DNA of 64,000 nt from Clostridia bacterium (GTDB lineage: Bacteria; Bacillota; Clostridia; Oscillospirales; CAG-272), in NCBI GenBank assembly GCA_017621755.1, contig JAGASL010000011.1:15550-79549 (forward strand). Direction: 5' to 3'. Position 1 is the first letter of the stretch. Every line of letters begins with the position of its first letter. A model generated the notes under the pieces. That model did not search any database. It was given only the letters and a program-made list of their open reading frames with translations, and was not told the DNA's origin. This document shows, piece after piece, positions 29,011 through 38,021 of the stretch. The position numbers and the translations under genes were made by a program.

Positions 29011-29048
29011 AAAAACGCAAGCATACCGTACGGTATGCTTGCGTTTTT
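29011..29048. terminator. bidirectional rho-independent terminator
   Basis: AAAAACGCAAGCATACCG-TA-CGGTATGCTTGCGTTTTT between convergent genes; it overlaps the dxs stop codon. Confidence 0.75.
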
Positions 29049-30936
29049 ATAGCAGCCTTGCTAAAATATCATCGGCTGAAATGCCGCAATAGTGATATAG
29101 ATCGGTCTTTTCGGTGGGAGAGGCAAAATGGTCGCAAATGGCCAAAATGTGATAGCCGGCAGGAAAGCCTTCGCCCATCTGCTTGCGAAGAGAGAGGGCG
29201 ATCAGGCTGGCGGCACCACCGTTTTCGATGCCCTCCTCTAAAAAGATCACGTTGGTATCCCGCGTAAGAAGTGGCGCGATCCGCTTGGCGGCTTCATCGT
29301 ATGGCTTAAGCGTCTCTAATAAAATGATGCCAACCGATAAGCCGCTTTTTTCTGCTTCCTCTTTGGCGTTCAGTGCTTCGGAAACGATGCTGCCATAGGT
29401 GATGATCACGTTGCGCGGCGGCTCGCCTGCCGCAAAATCCGCGCGCACGCCATAGCGATCAAAATCACCATCCGGGTAGAAGGTGGCGGCTACGCGCGCA
29501 TCCTCACCCGCATTGGGGTAGCGCAGGGCGCAGGGGGCATTTGATGCCACCACCTCCTGCATCATGGCGCGCAGCGTGCCGTAGCAGGCCGGGGCATAGA
29601 GGCGCAGGTTGGGAATGGCAGATAAAAAGCTCACGTCAAAAATACCGTGGTGCGTGGCCCCATCGCGGTGCGCCAGACCCGCGCGGTCGATAAACAGCTT
29701 TACCGGCAGGCCTTGCAGGGCAATATCGTGCACCACGCTATCGTAGGCGCGCTGCAGAAAGGTAGAATAAACGGCAAAGCAGGGAATCATGCCATTGGCC
29801 GCCATGCCGGCGGCAAAGGTGGCGGCATGCTCTTCGGCAATACCCACGTCAAAAAAGCGGTTTGGGTAGGCGGCACGAAAATCATCCAGCCCGCAGCCAA
29901 GCCCCATGGCAGCCGTGATGGCGCAAATACGCGTATCCTTGGCGGCCAGCTGCACCAGCTCTCGTCCAAACACGCTGTGAAAGGTTTCACCGCTTGGCGC
30001 GGCCGCGTTCGGCGCGGTGCTGTGGAAATGGCTGGGGTCGTTTTCTGCCGGGGTGTATCCCTTGCCTTTTGTTGTTTTTAGGTGTACGAGCACGGCGCCA
30101 CGGCGTTCCTTTGCCTTGCGCAGGATGCGCTCGGTACGCTCGTAATCGTTCCCGTTCTCGGGGCCAAGGTACAAAAAGCCCAGCTCTTCAAAATAGTTAG
30201 CACGGTAGAGGCGTTTTTTGAGAAAATGGGTCAGCCCCTTGGCCATGCGGTATAGCCCACGGCCTACCAGCGGAATGCGCGGCAGCAGGCTTTTGGTGCG
30301 GTTTTTGGTGCGCAGGTACGAGCGGCTGGAGCGAATGCCCGCGATATACCTGGCAAAGGCACCGGTATTGCGGGAAATAGACATTTCATTCTCATTTAGA
30401 ACGATAATCAGCGGCAGATCAGGCGAGCAGTTGTTCAGCGCCTCGTGCACCATGCCACCGGTAAAGGCACCGTCACCGATCACGGCTACCGTATAGGCCT
30501 GGCGACCGGCGACCTGGTCAGCCATGGCAAAGCCCAGCGCGGCAGAGACCGAGGTGCTGCTGTGCCCGGCGCCAAAGGGGTCATATTCACTTTCTGCGCG
30601 GTTGGTAAAGCCGCATAGGCCGCCCACACAGCGCAGCTCGTCAAAACGGTCAGCGCGTCCCGTAATGATCTTATGAATGTAGCTTTGGTGCCCCACGTCC
30701 CAAATAATATGATCGTTGGGCGCGTCAAACACGCGGTGCAGGGCAAGCGAAAGCTCTACTACCCCAAGGTTTGAGGCAAGGTGCCCGCCGCTTGCCGATA
30801 CCTTTTCGATCAAAAAGCGACGGATCTCCTCTGCCAGGGCCGGCATTTCCTTGGCAGGCAGGGCGCGCAGGTCTGCCGGTGTGTGCAGCTTGGTAAGATC
30901 GTATGCGGCCTTGGCCGGCGGTTGCTTTTGCTTCAT
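29047..30936 (-). CDS. dxs: 1-deoxy-D-xylulose-5-phosphate synthase
   Basis: GGHLASNLGVVELSLALH, DVGHQSY, the TPP motif GDGAFTGGMVHEALN, and a transketolase-like C-terminus are present. Confidence 0.96.
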   Translation of the reverse strand: MKQKQPPAKAAYDLTKLHTPADLRALPAKEMPALAEEIRRFLIEKVSASGGHLASNLGVVELSLALHRVFDAPNDHIIWDVGHQSYIHKIITGRADRFDELRCVGGLCGFTNRAESEYDPFGAGHSSTSVSAALGFAMADQVAGRQAYTVAVIGDGAFTGGMVHEALNNCSPDLPLIIVLNENEMSISRNTGAFARYIAGIRSSRSYLRTKNRTKSLLPRIPLVGRGLYRMAKGLTHFLKKRLYRANYFEELGFLYLGPENGNDYERTERILRKAKERRGAVLVHLKTTKGKGYTPAENDPSHFHSTAPNAAAPSGETFHSVFGRELVQLAAKDTRICAITAAMGLGCGLDDFRAAYPNRFFDVGIAEEHAATFAAGMAANGMIPCFAVYSTFLQRAYDSVVHDIALQGLPVKLFIDRAGLAHRDGATHHGIFDVSFLSAIPNLRLYAPACYGTLRAMMQEVVASNAPCALRYPNAGEDARVAATFYPDGDFDRYGVRADFAAGEPPRNVIITYGSIVSEALNAKEEAEKSGLSVGIILLETLKPYDEAAKRIAPLLTRDTNVIFLEEGIENGGAASLIALSLRKQMGEGFPAGYHILAICDHFASPTEKTDLYHYCGISADDILARLL

Positions 30937-30967
30937 GGCGCCCTCCTTGTCTTTTTTAACACTAAGT

Positions 30968-30996
30968 ATTGTACCACACCTTTTCTAAAAAATCAA
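30968..30996 (-). promoter_or_regulatory. sigma-70-type promoter of dxs
   Basis: On the minus strand: TTGATT (30996-30991), a 17-nt spacer, then TACAAT (30973-30968) preceded by TG. Confidence 0.5.
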
Positions 30997-31123
30997 GTTC
31001 CTTGCATGGATGATGGTCAGAAAGCCAGAAATATTTCCCTGATTTTGTATTGTTCACGTTTTGTTCATATTTGAGCGTGAAAAATCATGTATAATAGATA
31101 GGAATGAGAGAGGAGTGGTACCG

Positions 31124-31843
31124 ATGGCACAGCTTGTCTTTTCCAGAAAAGAAATGAAATATTTTGTACCGATCGATCGCTTTGAGGCATTCAAGGCAGA
31201 GATCGAGCAGCATATGAAGGCCGATGAATACGGGGAATATGCCGCCTGTAACGTATATTATGATACCGACGTGTTTAATCTGATCCGCATGTCGCTCGAC
31301 CGCCCCTTGTATAAGGAGAAGCTGCGTATGCGCAGCTACGGCGTGCCGGGGCCGGATAGCACGGTGTTTTTAGAGATCAAAAAGAAGTATGACGGTATGG
31401 TGTACAAGCGCCGTGAAACGCTGACCTATCAGGAGGCCTGCGATTTTCTTGACCGCGGCATTTACCCTGAGGCGCATGATTCGCAGATCATGCGCGAGCT
31501 GCGTTATTTTATGCAGCTACATAAGCCCCGGCCGATGCTGTATCTTTCTTATGACCGCATGGCCTTTAAGGGCATTGCGGAAAAGGATCTGCGCCTGACC
31601 TTTGATTCCAACATCCGCTACCGCTTTGAAAACGTGCACCTGCACGAGGGCAATTATGGGGATACCCTGTTGCCGGAGGGGCTGCACCTGATGGAGATCA
31701 AAATGTCTACCGCTATGCCGCTGTGGCTCACGGGGCTGCTTGATCGCTACGAGATCCGCCGTACCAGCTTTACCAAATACGGCCGCATTTACGAAAAAGA
31801 ATTTGCCAAGCGCGGTGGCATGCCGGTTGCGGCAGAGAAGTAA
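31124..31843 (+). CDS. VTC domain-containing protein (polyphosphate polymerase-like / CYTH-like tunnel fold)
   Basis: MAQLVFSRKEMKYFVP...CNVYYDT...LRMRSYG...FLEIKKK...KRR resembles bacterial VTC-domain proteins. GAGAGGAG precedes ATG 31124. Confidence 0.75.
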   Translation: MAQLVFSRKEMKYFVPIDRFEAFKAEIEQHMKADEYGEYAACNVYYDTDVFNLIRMSLDRPLYKEKLRMRSYGVPGPDSTVFLEIKKKYDGMVYKRRETLTYQEACDFLDRGIYPEAHDSQIMRELRYFMQLHKPRPMLYLSYDRMAFKGIAEKDLRLTFDSNIRYRFENVHLHEGNYGDTLLPEGLHLMEIKMSTAMPLWLTGLLDRYEIRRTSFTKYGRIYEKEFAKRGGMPVAAEK

Positions 31844-31844
31844 T

Positions 31845-31881
31845 AAAAAAGGATCGAAAACAAGGTTTTCGATCCTTTTTT
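31845..31881. terminator. bidirectional rho-independent terminator
   Basis: AAAAAA-GGATCGAAAAC-AAG-GTTTTCGATCC-TTTTTT. Confidence 0.75.
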
Positions 31882-31882
31882 A

Positions 31883-32998
31883 TTATGCTTCCTCGGCCTC
31901 TCGTATCCATCCGCCGGGCAGCAGCGGTTCACTGTAACGGAAGAAGGAAAGCTCCGGGAACGCAAAGGGCGGGTAATCACCGGCTGAAAATTTGCCGTTT
32001 GGGTGGTGGCTGTTTTCAAAATGGCCAAGCGACATTGAGGTCACCGTGCCGGCACCAACCAAAAAATAGGTGTCATCGGCTTCTTCGCCGCCATCGTTCC
32101 AGGTTGAGTCAATGGCGTACCACTTGCCATCCTCCATCTGCACGTAATTCCAGGCGTGCGGTGCCTCCTGGCTGCTTTGCGTGGCGGTACCCGCCACGAT
32201 CAAGCAGGGGATCTCGTAAGCGTCACACAGCAGCTTAAACGCCTTGGCATAGCCGTCGCACACGGCGGTGCCGTCTATCAGCGCGCCGGCCGCATCATGG
32301 GCGCGTGCGGCGCCGCTGGTATAGACCGCGCGGCTACACAGAAAATTCTGCAGGGCTGAAAGTGTGTCATAGCGGCCTTCCTCACCCGAAAGAGTGCTGC
32401 CGGCCAGCAGGATCGCCTCTTGTATGGCATCCTGGCTTTCAGCAATGCTCTCTTGCGTCAGCCCGCTTTTGTAGCAGAGCTGAAAGGTCAGCTTTTTGAT
32501 GGTAACGGTGGTGTTACCATCCTCATCCGTTTCCTTGCGAGAGGAGATGCGGAAGGTAGAGCCGGTTTCGGCATCCATCGAGATCCAATTGATCTCAGGG
32601 TGGTCATAGAGCATGGCATCCAGCGCTGGCTGCACGATGCGGCTGATGCCGCTTCTTACCATATCGTCAGCACGCTCGATCTCGCTTGCCGCTATGCGAA
32701 AGGTAAGCGGCTGGCGGAACACGATGGGAATGCCGTCGCAGCACTGATTTTGCAAATAAATGGCGCGGTAGACGGCTTTGCTATTGTCGCCAAGCTGGTC
32801 ATAGTAATAGCCGTAGGAGGTTTGGTCTTCTACAAAGACGGGCTCCTCCTCGCCGCCGGCCGATTGCTCGTATTGCAGGTACAGGTTGTTAAAGAAATCC
32901 TTCGTTTCCTCCGGCAGCAGCCCGTTCAGCGTATCAAGACAGCCGGGCAGCGTGACCAGCAGCAAAAGCAGGGAAAGCAGGGAAATGATCTTTTTCAT
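31883..32998 (-). CDS. transglutaminase-like domain lipoprotein (papain-like Cys protease fold)
   Basis: The lipoprotein signal is MKKIISLLSLLLLLVTLPGC. The transglutaminase core has VCDGYAKAFKLLCD...HAWNYVQMEDGKWYAIDSTWND (Cys-His-Asp). Confidence 0.8.
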   Translation of the reverse strand: MKKIISLLSLLLLLVTLPGCLDTLNGLLPEETKDFFNNLYLQYEQSAGGEEEPVFVEDQTSYGYYYDQLGDNSKAVYRAIYLQNQCCDGIPIVFRQPLTFRIAASEIERADDMVRSGISRIVQPALDAMLYDHPEINWISMDAETGSTFRISSRKETDEDGNTTVTIKKLTFQLCYKSGLTQESIAESQDAIQEAILLAGSTLSGEEGRYDTLSALQNFLCSRAVYTSGAARAHDAAGALIDGTAVCDGYAKAFKLLCDAYEIPCLIVAGTATQSSQEAPHAWNYVQMEDGKWYAIDSTWNDGGEEADDTYFLVGAGTVTSMSLGHFENSHHPNGKFSAGDYPPFAFPELSFFRYSEPLLPGGWIREAEEA

Positions 32999-33012
32999 GA
33001 GGGCTCCGTGTT

Positions 33013-34311
33013 TTATTCAAACTTTTTGCCGCATTCCGGGCAGAAGGTAAAGGGTGCTTCTGCCTGGTAGCCGCAGGCAGTGCAGGTATAGCCCTCTGGC
33101 TTTTTCTGGCCGCAGGCGGCACAGAACTTGCCGGTGCAGGCCTTGCCGCAGGCGGGGCAGATCCATTCATCCTTTTCAGGCTTTTTCTGGCCGCACTCGG
33201 GGCAGAACTTGCCCTGTGAGGAAGCGCCGCAGGCCGGGCATTGCCAGCTGTCGGGGGCTTCGGCCGCCTCGGCGGCTGCCTGTGCCTTCTTTTCATTGGC
33301 CAGCCTTTCAGCATTTTCGATCAGTGTACCCTGGCCGGCAGCGCCGCCCATGGCATTGGCCGCCATGCCAAAGCCAACAAAGCCGTTCATGGCGCCGTTT
33401 GGGTTCTTGGCAGCATCCTTCATGGCCTGCATCTGGGCATAGGCCAGGCCGCCGGTCATGGCGCTGGGGTCGGCATGCATTACGTTAGAATCAAATTCCT
33501 CGATCCGCTCACGGCTCTTGTCGTCCGGCGTTACCTTGGCCAGCGCTACAGAGGCAACCTCTAAGCCGCGGTTTTCCTTCCACTCCGCATCCAGCGTTTC
33601 GCTCATGAACTTGGCGATCTCGCGCTGCTTAACGGGCAGCTGTGAGAACTTAATGCCGTTTGCCGCGCACATGGCCAGGGCCGTGTCCAGCGCGGTCATA
33701 AACTCATCGGTGCAGGTGGCTACCAGCATGGCGGTGGTATAGGTATCGCTTACGTTGCCCGCAATGCTGGAGAAAAAGACGATCGGATCGGCGATCTTAA
33801 AGGAATACTGGCCAAAATAGCGGATATACAGTGCAGTCTTATAATAAGGATCATCATAGGGCATAGGCGTGGTGGTGCCAAACTTATTTCCCATGATCTC
33901 CTTGGTGTTGACGTAGTATACGCGCTGCTGCGAGCCAACGTCACCGCCAAAGGTAAAGCGGTAGCCGATCTTCTTAAAAGAATCGACCAGCCCTTCAAAA
34001 AATTCACCGCCAAAGAGCGAGGGCTCAGAGGAGGCATCCCATTGGAATTTACCCGGCTCGGCGCAGAATTCCACGATTTTGCCATTATCGATGATCAGGG
34101 CGGCTTGCCCCTCGTTTACGTTGATCACTGAGCCGCTGGTAATGATATCGGTCGTTCCCTTATTGCGGCGGAAAAAGCCGCGCCCCTCGGTCTGCATGGT
34201 GCCCTTGGCTACCAGCACGTCATTAGAAAGGGAATCGCAGGTAAAAAATTCTCTCCATTGATCGGCCGCAACCGTGGAGGTGGCGGACGCGATGGCACGA
34301 ATAAGTCCCAT
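33013..34311 (-). CDS. SPFH-domain protein of the YdjI/COG4260 type with three C-terminal zinc-ribbon repeats
   Basis: The N-terminus is MGLIRAIASATSTVAADQWREFF. The C-terminus is CPACG..GKFCPECGQKKPE / CPACG..GKFCAACGQKKPE / CTACG...FCPECGKKF. Confidence 0.8.
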   Translation of the reverse strand: MGLIRAIASATSTVAADQWREFFTCDSLSNDVLVAKGTMQTEGRGFFRRNKGTTDIITSGSVINVNEGQAALIIDNGKIVEFCAEPGKFQWDASSEPSLFGGEFFEGLVDSFKKIGYRFTFGGDVGSQQRVYYVNTKEIMGNKFGTTTPMPYDDPYYKTALYIRYFGQYSFKIADPIVFFSSIAGNVSDTYTTAMLVATCTDEFMTALDTALAMCAANGIKFSQLPVKQREIAKFMSETLDAEWKENRGLEVASVALAKVTPDDKSRERIEEFDSNVMHADPSAMTGGLAYAQMQAMKDAAKNPNGAMNGFVGFGMAANAMGGAAGQGTLIENAERLANEKKAQAAAEAAEAPDSWQCPACGASSQGKFCPECGQKKPEKDEWICPACGKACTGKFCAACGQKKPEGYTCTACGYQAEAPFTFCPECGKKFE

Positions 34312-34575
34312 AGCTATGTATCTCCTTGTTTTTTGATTAAGAGAACAAAAAATCCCGCCGAGCCGTGTAGAGCAAGTATTTAACCCTGCTTGTGCAGGTT
34401 GGTGTCCTCTCGGTCATTTTGTGCTCCCAGCATCCGCTTCGCGCGGCACGAAGGCGGCGCGGGCGGGAGGTCTGCAATCCCATTTCACGAAGTAACGGAC
34501 TCCATAAATATCTTGTAGGTCCAAAACTAACCCTATCACGAACTAAGCAGGACGTATTTTGTCGGTTTTTGGCGC
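34312..34575 (-). promoter_or_regulatory. 264-nt structured intergenic leader ending in a hairpin plus U-run (candidate attenuator or riboswitch of unrecognised class, or a small RNA)
   Basis: There is no credible ORF. Several GC-rich helices are present (for example 34441-34460), and GGCGGGAUUUUUU on the minus strand lies just before the AAGGAGA RBS of the SPFH gene. Confidence 0.4.
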
Positions 34576-34872
34576 TCAGGCGTCGTAATCTACGTCGCTG
34601 AACAGCTCGTCATCGAAGAAATCGGCAACCTTGTCCCATTCCTCATCGTTATCAATGGTAACCAGGTTCACACCCTCTTCATCCTCTTCGCCACGCAGGA
34701 TCACGTATTCACCGTTGCCATCGTCATCTACGGGCACCAGGGCGTAGTAGGTATTGCCATCCATCTCGCAGGTGCCAAGCAGCTCGAATTCAAATTCGTT
34801 GCCCTCGTCATCCGTCAGCGTATAGGTATATACCTCATTCTCCTGCAGCTCTTCATTCATCATATCTGCCAT
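34576..34872 (-). CDS. DUF1292 domain-containing protein
   Basis: Acidic ~98-aa protein. YTLTDDEGNEFEFELLG...DGNTYYALVPVDD...EYVILR is typical of DUF1292. Confidence 0.8.
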   Translation of the reverse strand: MADMMNEELQENEVYTYTLTDDEGNEFEFELLGTCEMDGNTYYALVPVDDDGNGEYVILRGEEDEEGVNLVTIDNDEEWDKVADFFDDELFSDVDYDA

Positions 34873-34932
34873 TGTCACACACGCGCCATGGGCGCTACTC
34901 CTTTACGTGGATAGTATATTCCGGTTGCTTCT

Positions 34933-34961
34933 ATTTTATCAAGAAATACGCCGTATGTCAA
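34933..34961 (-). promoter_or_regulatory. sigma-70-type promoter of the DUF1292 gene
   Basis: On the minus strand: TTGACA (34961-34956), a 17-nt spacer, then TAAAAT (34938-34933). Confidence 0.55.
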
Positions 34962-34993
34962 TAGATTTTTTCGCAAAATCCGGCACGCTCTGC

Positions 34994-36127
34994 CTAATCC
35001 TCTAAAATTTCGGCCAAAATCGCGTTAGAAAGCGCCATGCCATCGGCCGTCAGGCAGGTTTTCTTGCCCTCGCGGCGGGCAAGCCCGGCGGCGAGAAAGG
35101 GCGCAAGGCGCGCGCCGTATTTTTCAAAAAAGCCGTATCCGAATGTGGTTGCAAAGGTATCATCGTCGATCCCCGCAGAAAGGCGCAGGCCAAGCATCAC
35201 CGTTTCGTATTCCCGTGTTGCCGGGGTCAGGGTCTCCTCACGTTCTCGTGCGCCAAGCGGATCGCGGATGTAATCGGCAAGCCCCTCGCGGTTATAAAAC
35301 CGTTCGTGCGCAAAGCAGGAATGGGCCGTAATACCAAAGCCAAGGTAATCCCGCATGCGCCAATAGCGCAGGTTGTGCCGGCTTTCAAAGCCCGGGCGGG
35401 CAAAGTTGCTGATCTCGTAGCGGTGGTAGCCAGCCTTCGCCATTTTCTGATAAAGCAGGGCAGCCATGGCTGCCTCGGTATCCTCGTCCGGCAGGGGCAG
35501 GGCATCCCGCTCCCGGTAAAAGGGCGTTCCTTCCTCGATCTGCAGCGAATAGGCAGAGATGTGTGTTGGCGCCAACGCAATGGCTTCGTCAAGCGAGTGG
35601 GCAAAGCTTTCTGCCGTTTGCGCCGGGATGCCAAACATCAGATCCAGGCTCCAGTTTTGAAAGCCCACCTTGTGCAGCGCCTCTACCGATGCATACACGT
35701 CAGGTGGACGATGTACACGCCCCAGCAGCGCCAGCTCGTTTTCGTTTGCGCTCTGCATGCCCAGGCTGATGCGATTGATGCCGGCCTCGCGCATCGCGCG
35801 CAGCTTGCCCTCGTCTACCGTGGCGGGGTTTGCTTCACTTGTCCACTCAACGTCGCAGGCCAGGCGATAATGCCGGCGGATGTGGTCGCATAGTGCTACC
35901 AGATCCGCCGTGCTGAGGCAGGTGGGCGTTCCGCCGCCGAAAAAGACTGTATCAACGGTGTAATCGGCCGCCTTGATAGCGCTCTCCTCCAGCTCACGGC
36001 ACAGCGCCTGCACGTAGGCATGCTTGGTCTCCTCCCCCTGCGCGGGGAAGGAGCAGAAATCACAGTAGTTGCATTTCTGCAGGCAAAAGGGGATATGCAG
36101 ATAAAGGCCAAGAGACGTATCCTTCAT
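34994..36127 (-). CDS. hemW: radical SAM heme chaperone HemW (HemN-like, oxygen-independent coproporphyrinogen oxidase family)
   Basis: LYLHIPFCLQKCNYCDF is the CxxxCxxC motif. GGGTP is present, as is a HemN C-terminal domain. The gene lies downstream of lepA, as in many bacteria. Confidence 0.9.
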   Translation of the reverse strand: MKDTSLGLYLHIPFCLQKCNYCDFCSFPAQGEETKHAYVQALCRELEESAIKAADYTVDTVFFGGGTPTCLSTADLVALCDHIRRHYRLACDVEWTSEANPATVDEGKLRAMREAGINRISLGMQSANENELALLGRVHRPPDVYASVEALHKVGFQNWSLDLMFGIPAQTAESFAHSLDEAIALAPTHISAYSLQIEEGTPFYRERDALPLPDEDTEAAMAALLYQKMAKAGYHRYEISNFARPGFESRHNLRYWRMRDYLGFGITAHSCFAHERFYNREGLADYIRDPLGAREREETLTPATREYETVMLGLRLSAGIDDDTFATTFGYGFFEKYGARLAPFLAAGLARREGKKTCLTADGMALSNAILAEILED

Positions 36128-36172
36128 GGCTCCTCCCTAAAAACAGGGCGGCACGGCCGCCCTGTTATCGTA

Positions 36173-37984
36173 TTATTCGTCATCCAGCTTTAAGACGGCC
36201 ATAAATGCCTCGGGTGTTACCTCAACAGAGCCGAGCTTGCGCATCTTCTTCTTGCCTTCCTTCTGCTTTTCCAGCAGCTTCTTCTTACGGGTAATATCAC
36301 CGCCGTAGCACTTGGCCAGCACGTCCTTACGCATGGCCTTTACCGTTTCGCGGGCAATGATCTTAGAGCCGATGGCCGCCTGGATCGGAATTTCAAACAG
36401 CTGTCTTGGAATGTTCTCCTTCAGCTTTTCGGCAATCCTTCTTGCGCGGGTATAGGCCTTTTCCTCATGCACAATAAAGGAAAGCGCGTCTACCGGGTCA
36501 CCGTTGAGCAAGAAATCCAGCTTGACCAGCTTGCTGGGGCGGTAGCCATCAAAATCATAGTCAAGCGAGGCGTATCCCTTGCTGCGGCTCTTCAGCGCAT
36601 CAAAGAAATCGTAAATGATCTCGTTCAGGGGCAGGGTGTAGTGCAGCTCGGCACGGTTGGCATCCAGATACTTCATATCATGGTACTCACCGCGGCGATC
36701 CTGGCACAGATCCATAATGCCGCCAATAAACTCGGTCGGGGTAATCAGGCTGGCCTTCACAACGGGCTCTTCCGCCACGTCGATTTCGTCAGCCACTGGA
36801 TAATTAGAGGGGTTTTCAATAAACACCGTCTCGCCGCCGCGCTTTTTGATCTTGTAGATAACGCTGGGTGCGGTGGTGATCAGATCCAGGTTGAACTCAC
36901 GCTCTAACCGCTCCTCAATGATCTCCATGTGTAGCAGACCAAGAAAGCCACAGCGAAAGCCAAAGCCCAGCGCCACCGACGTTTCAGGCTCAAAGGAGAG
37001 GGCAGCATCGTTTAACTGCAGCTTCTCCAGCGCGTCACGCAGGTCGCCGTAGCGCGCGCCGTCTGCCGGGTAGATGCCGGCATATACCATCGGCCGTGCC
37101 TCGCGGAAGCCGGGCAGCGGCTCTGTGGCACCGCCCTCTGCCGTGGTCACCGTGTCACCCACGCGCGTTTCTGCCACGTTTTTAATGCTGGCAGTCAGGT
37201 AGCCAACCTCGCCGGCGCACAGCGAGCCGGTGCTCTTGAGGCCAAAGGGCTCCAGCACGCCAACGTCAACAACGTCAAATTCCGCGCCGTTGCTCATCAG
37301 GCGAATGCGCTGGCCGGTGCTCAGGCTGCCGTCGATCACGCGCAGGCAGACCACAACGCCTAAGTAGCTGTCGTAATACGAGTCAAAGATCAGGCAGCGT
37401 AGCGGAGCCTCGGGGTCGCCGCTTGGCGCCGGAATGTCAGAAACGATCTTTTCCATCATATCGGCAATGTTCAGGCCGGTCTTGGCAGATACGGCAGGGC
37501 AGCCCTCAGCCGGAATGCCGATCACGTCCTCAACCTCGTTCCGTGCCCGCTCAATATCGGCAGAGGGTAGGTCGATCTTGTTAATGACGGGAATGATCTC
37601 CAGATCACTGTCAATGGCCAAATAGGCGTTTGCCAGCGTCTGTGCCTCTACACCCTGGGTGGCGTCTACCACCAGCAGAGCACCGTCACAGGCCTTCAGC
37701 GAGCGAGATACCTCGTAGTTAAAGTCTACGTGGCCGGGGGTGTCGATCAGGTTAAAGATATAGTCCTCGCCGTTCTGCGCGCGGTAGGAGAGGCGTACAG
37801 CACGCGCCTTGATGGTGATGCCGCGCTCACGCTCCAGATCCATGTTGTCCAGCACGCGATTTTCCATCTCGTGCTCCTCTACCGTGCGTGTCAGCTCTAA
37901 AATGCGGTCTGCTAAGGTAGATTTGCCATGGTCGATATGGGCAATGATCGAAAAGTTTCGTATGTGTTGTTGTTTATCGGTCAC
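36173..37984 (-). CDS. lepA: translation elongation factor 4 (LepA)
   Basis: [28 protein letters not shown] and NKIDL are present, with a LepA-specific C-terminus. The start is placed at GTG 37984 (MTDKQQH) after AGGAAAGGAAAA. Confidence 0.96.
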   Translation of the reverse strand: MTDKQQHIRNFSIIAHIDHGKSTLADRILELTRTVEEHEMENRVLDNMDLERERGITIKARAVRLSYRAQNGEDYIFNLIDTPGHVDFNYEVSRSLKACDGALLVVDATQGVEAQTLANAYLAIDSDLEIIPVINKIDLPSADIERARNEVEDVIGIPAEGCPAVSAKTGLNIADMMEKIVSDIPAPSGDPEAPLRCLIFDSYYDSYLGVVVCLRVIDGSLSTGQRIRLMSNGAEFDVVDVGVLEPFGLKSTGSLCAGEVGYLTASIKNVAETRVGDTVTTAEGGATEPLPGFREARPMVYAGIYPADGARYGDLRDALEKLQLNDAALSFEPETSVALGFGFRCGFLGLLHMEIIEERLEREFNLDLITTAPSVIYKIKKRGGETVFIENPSNYPVADEIDVAEEPVVKASLITPTEFIGGIMDLCQDRRGEYHDMKYLDANRAELHYTLPLNEIIYDFFDALKSRSKGYASLDYDFDGYRPSKLVKLDFLLNGDPVDALSFIVHEEKAYTRARRIAEKLKENIPRQLFEIPIQAAIGSKIIARETVKAMRKDVLAKCYGGDITRKKKLLEKQKEGKKKMRKLGSVEVTPEAFMAVLKLDDE

Positions 37985-38021
37985 GGTTAGGATTTTCCTT
38001 TCCTTTGGAAAATTCAAAAAA

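Noticed and set aside
33013-33250. Repetitive DNA at the 3' end of the SPFH gene.
   Set aside because: It is the coding sequence of three tandem zinc-ribbon modules, in frame with conserved CxxC spacing. It is not a non-coding tandem repeat.
34312-34575. Partial resemblance of the leader to ykkC/guanidine-I-type riboswitches (UAGGGUU ... ACACGGC..CGGGAU), and comparison with SRP RNA, 6S RNA and RNase P RNA.
   Set aside because: Only short fragments match. The spacing between them is far too long for the ykkC fold. The SRP (GGAAGCAGC) and RNase P (GAGGAAAGUCC) signatures are absent, and the genetic context (SPFH gene) does not fit. The region is left as unclassified.
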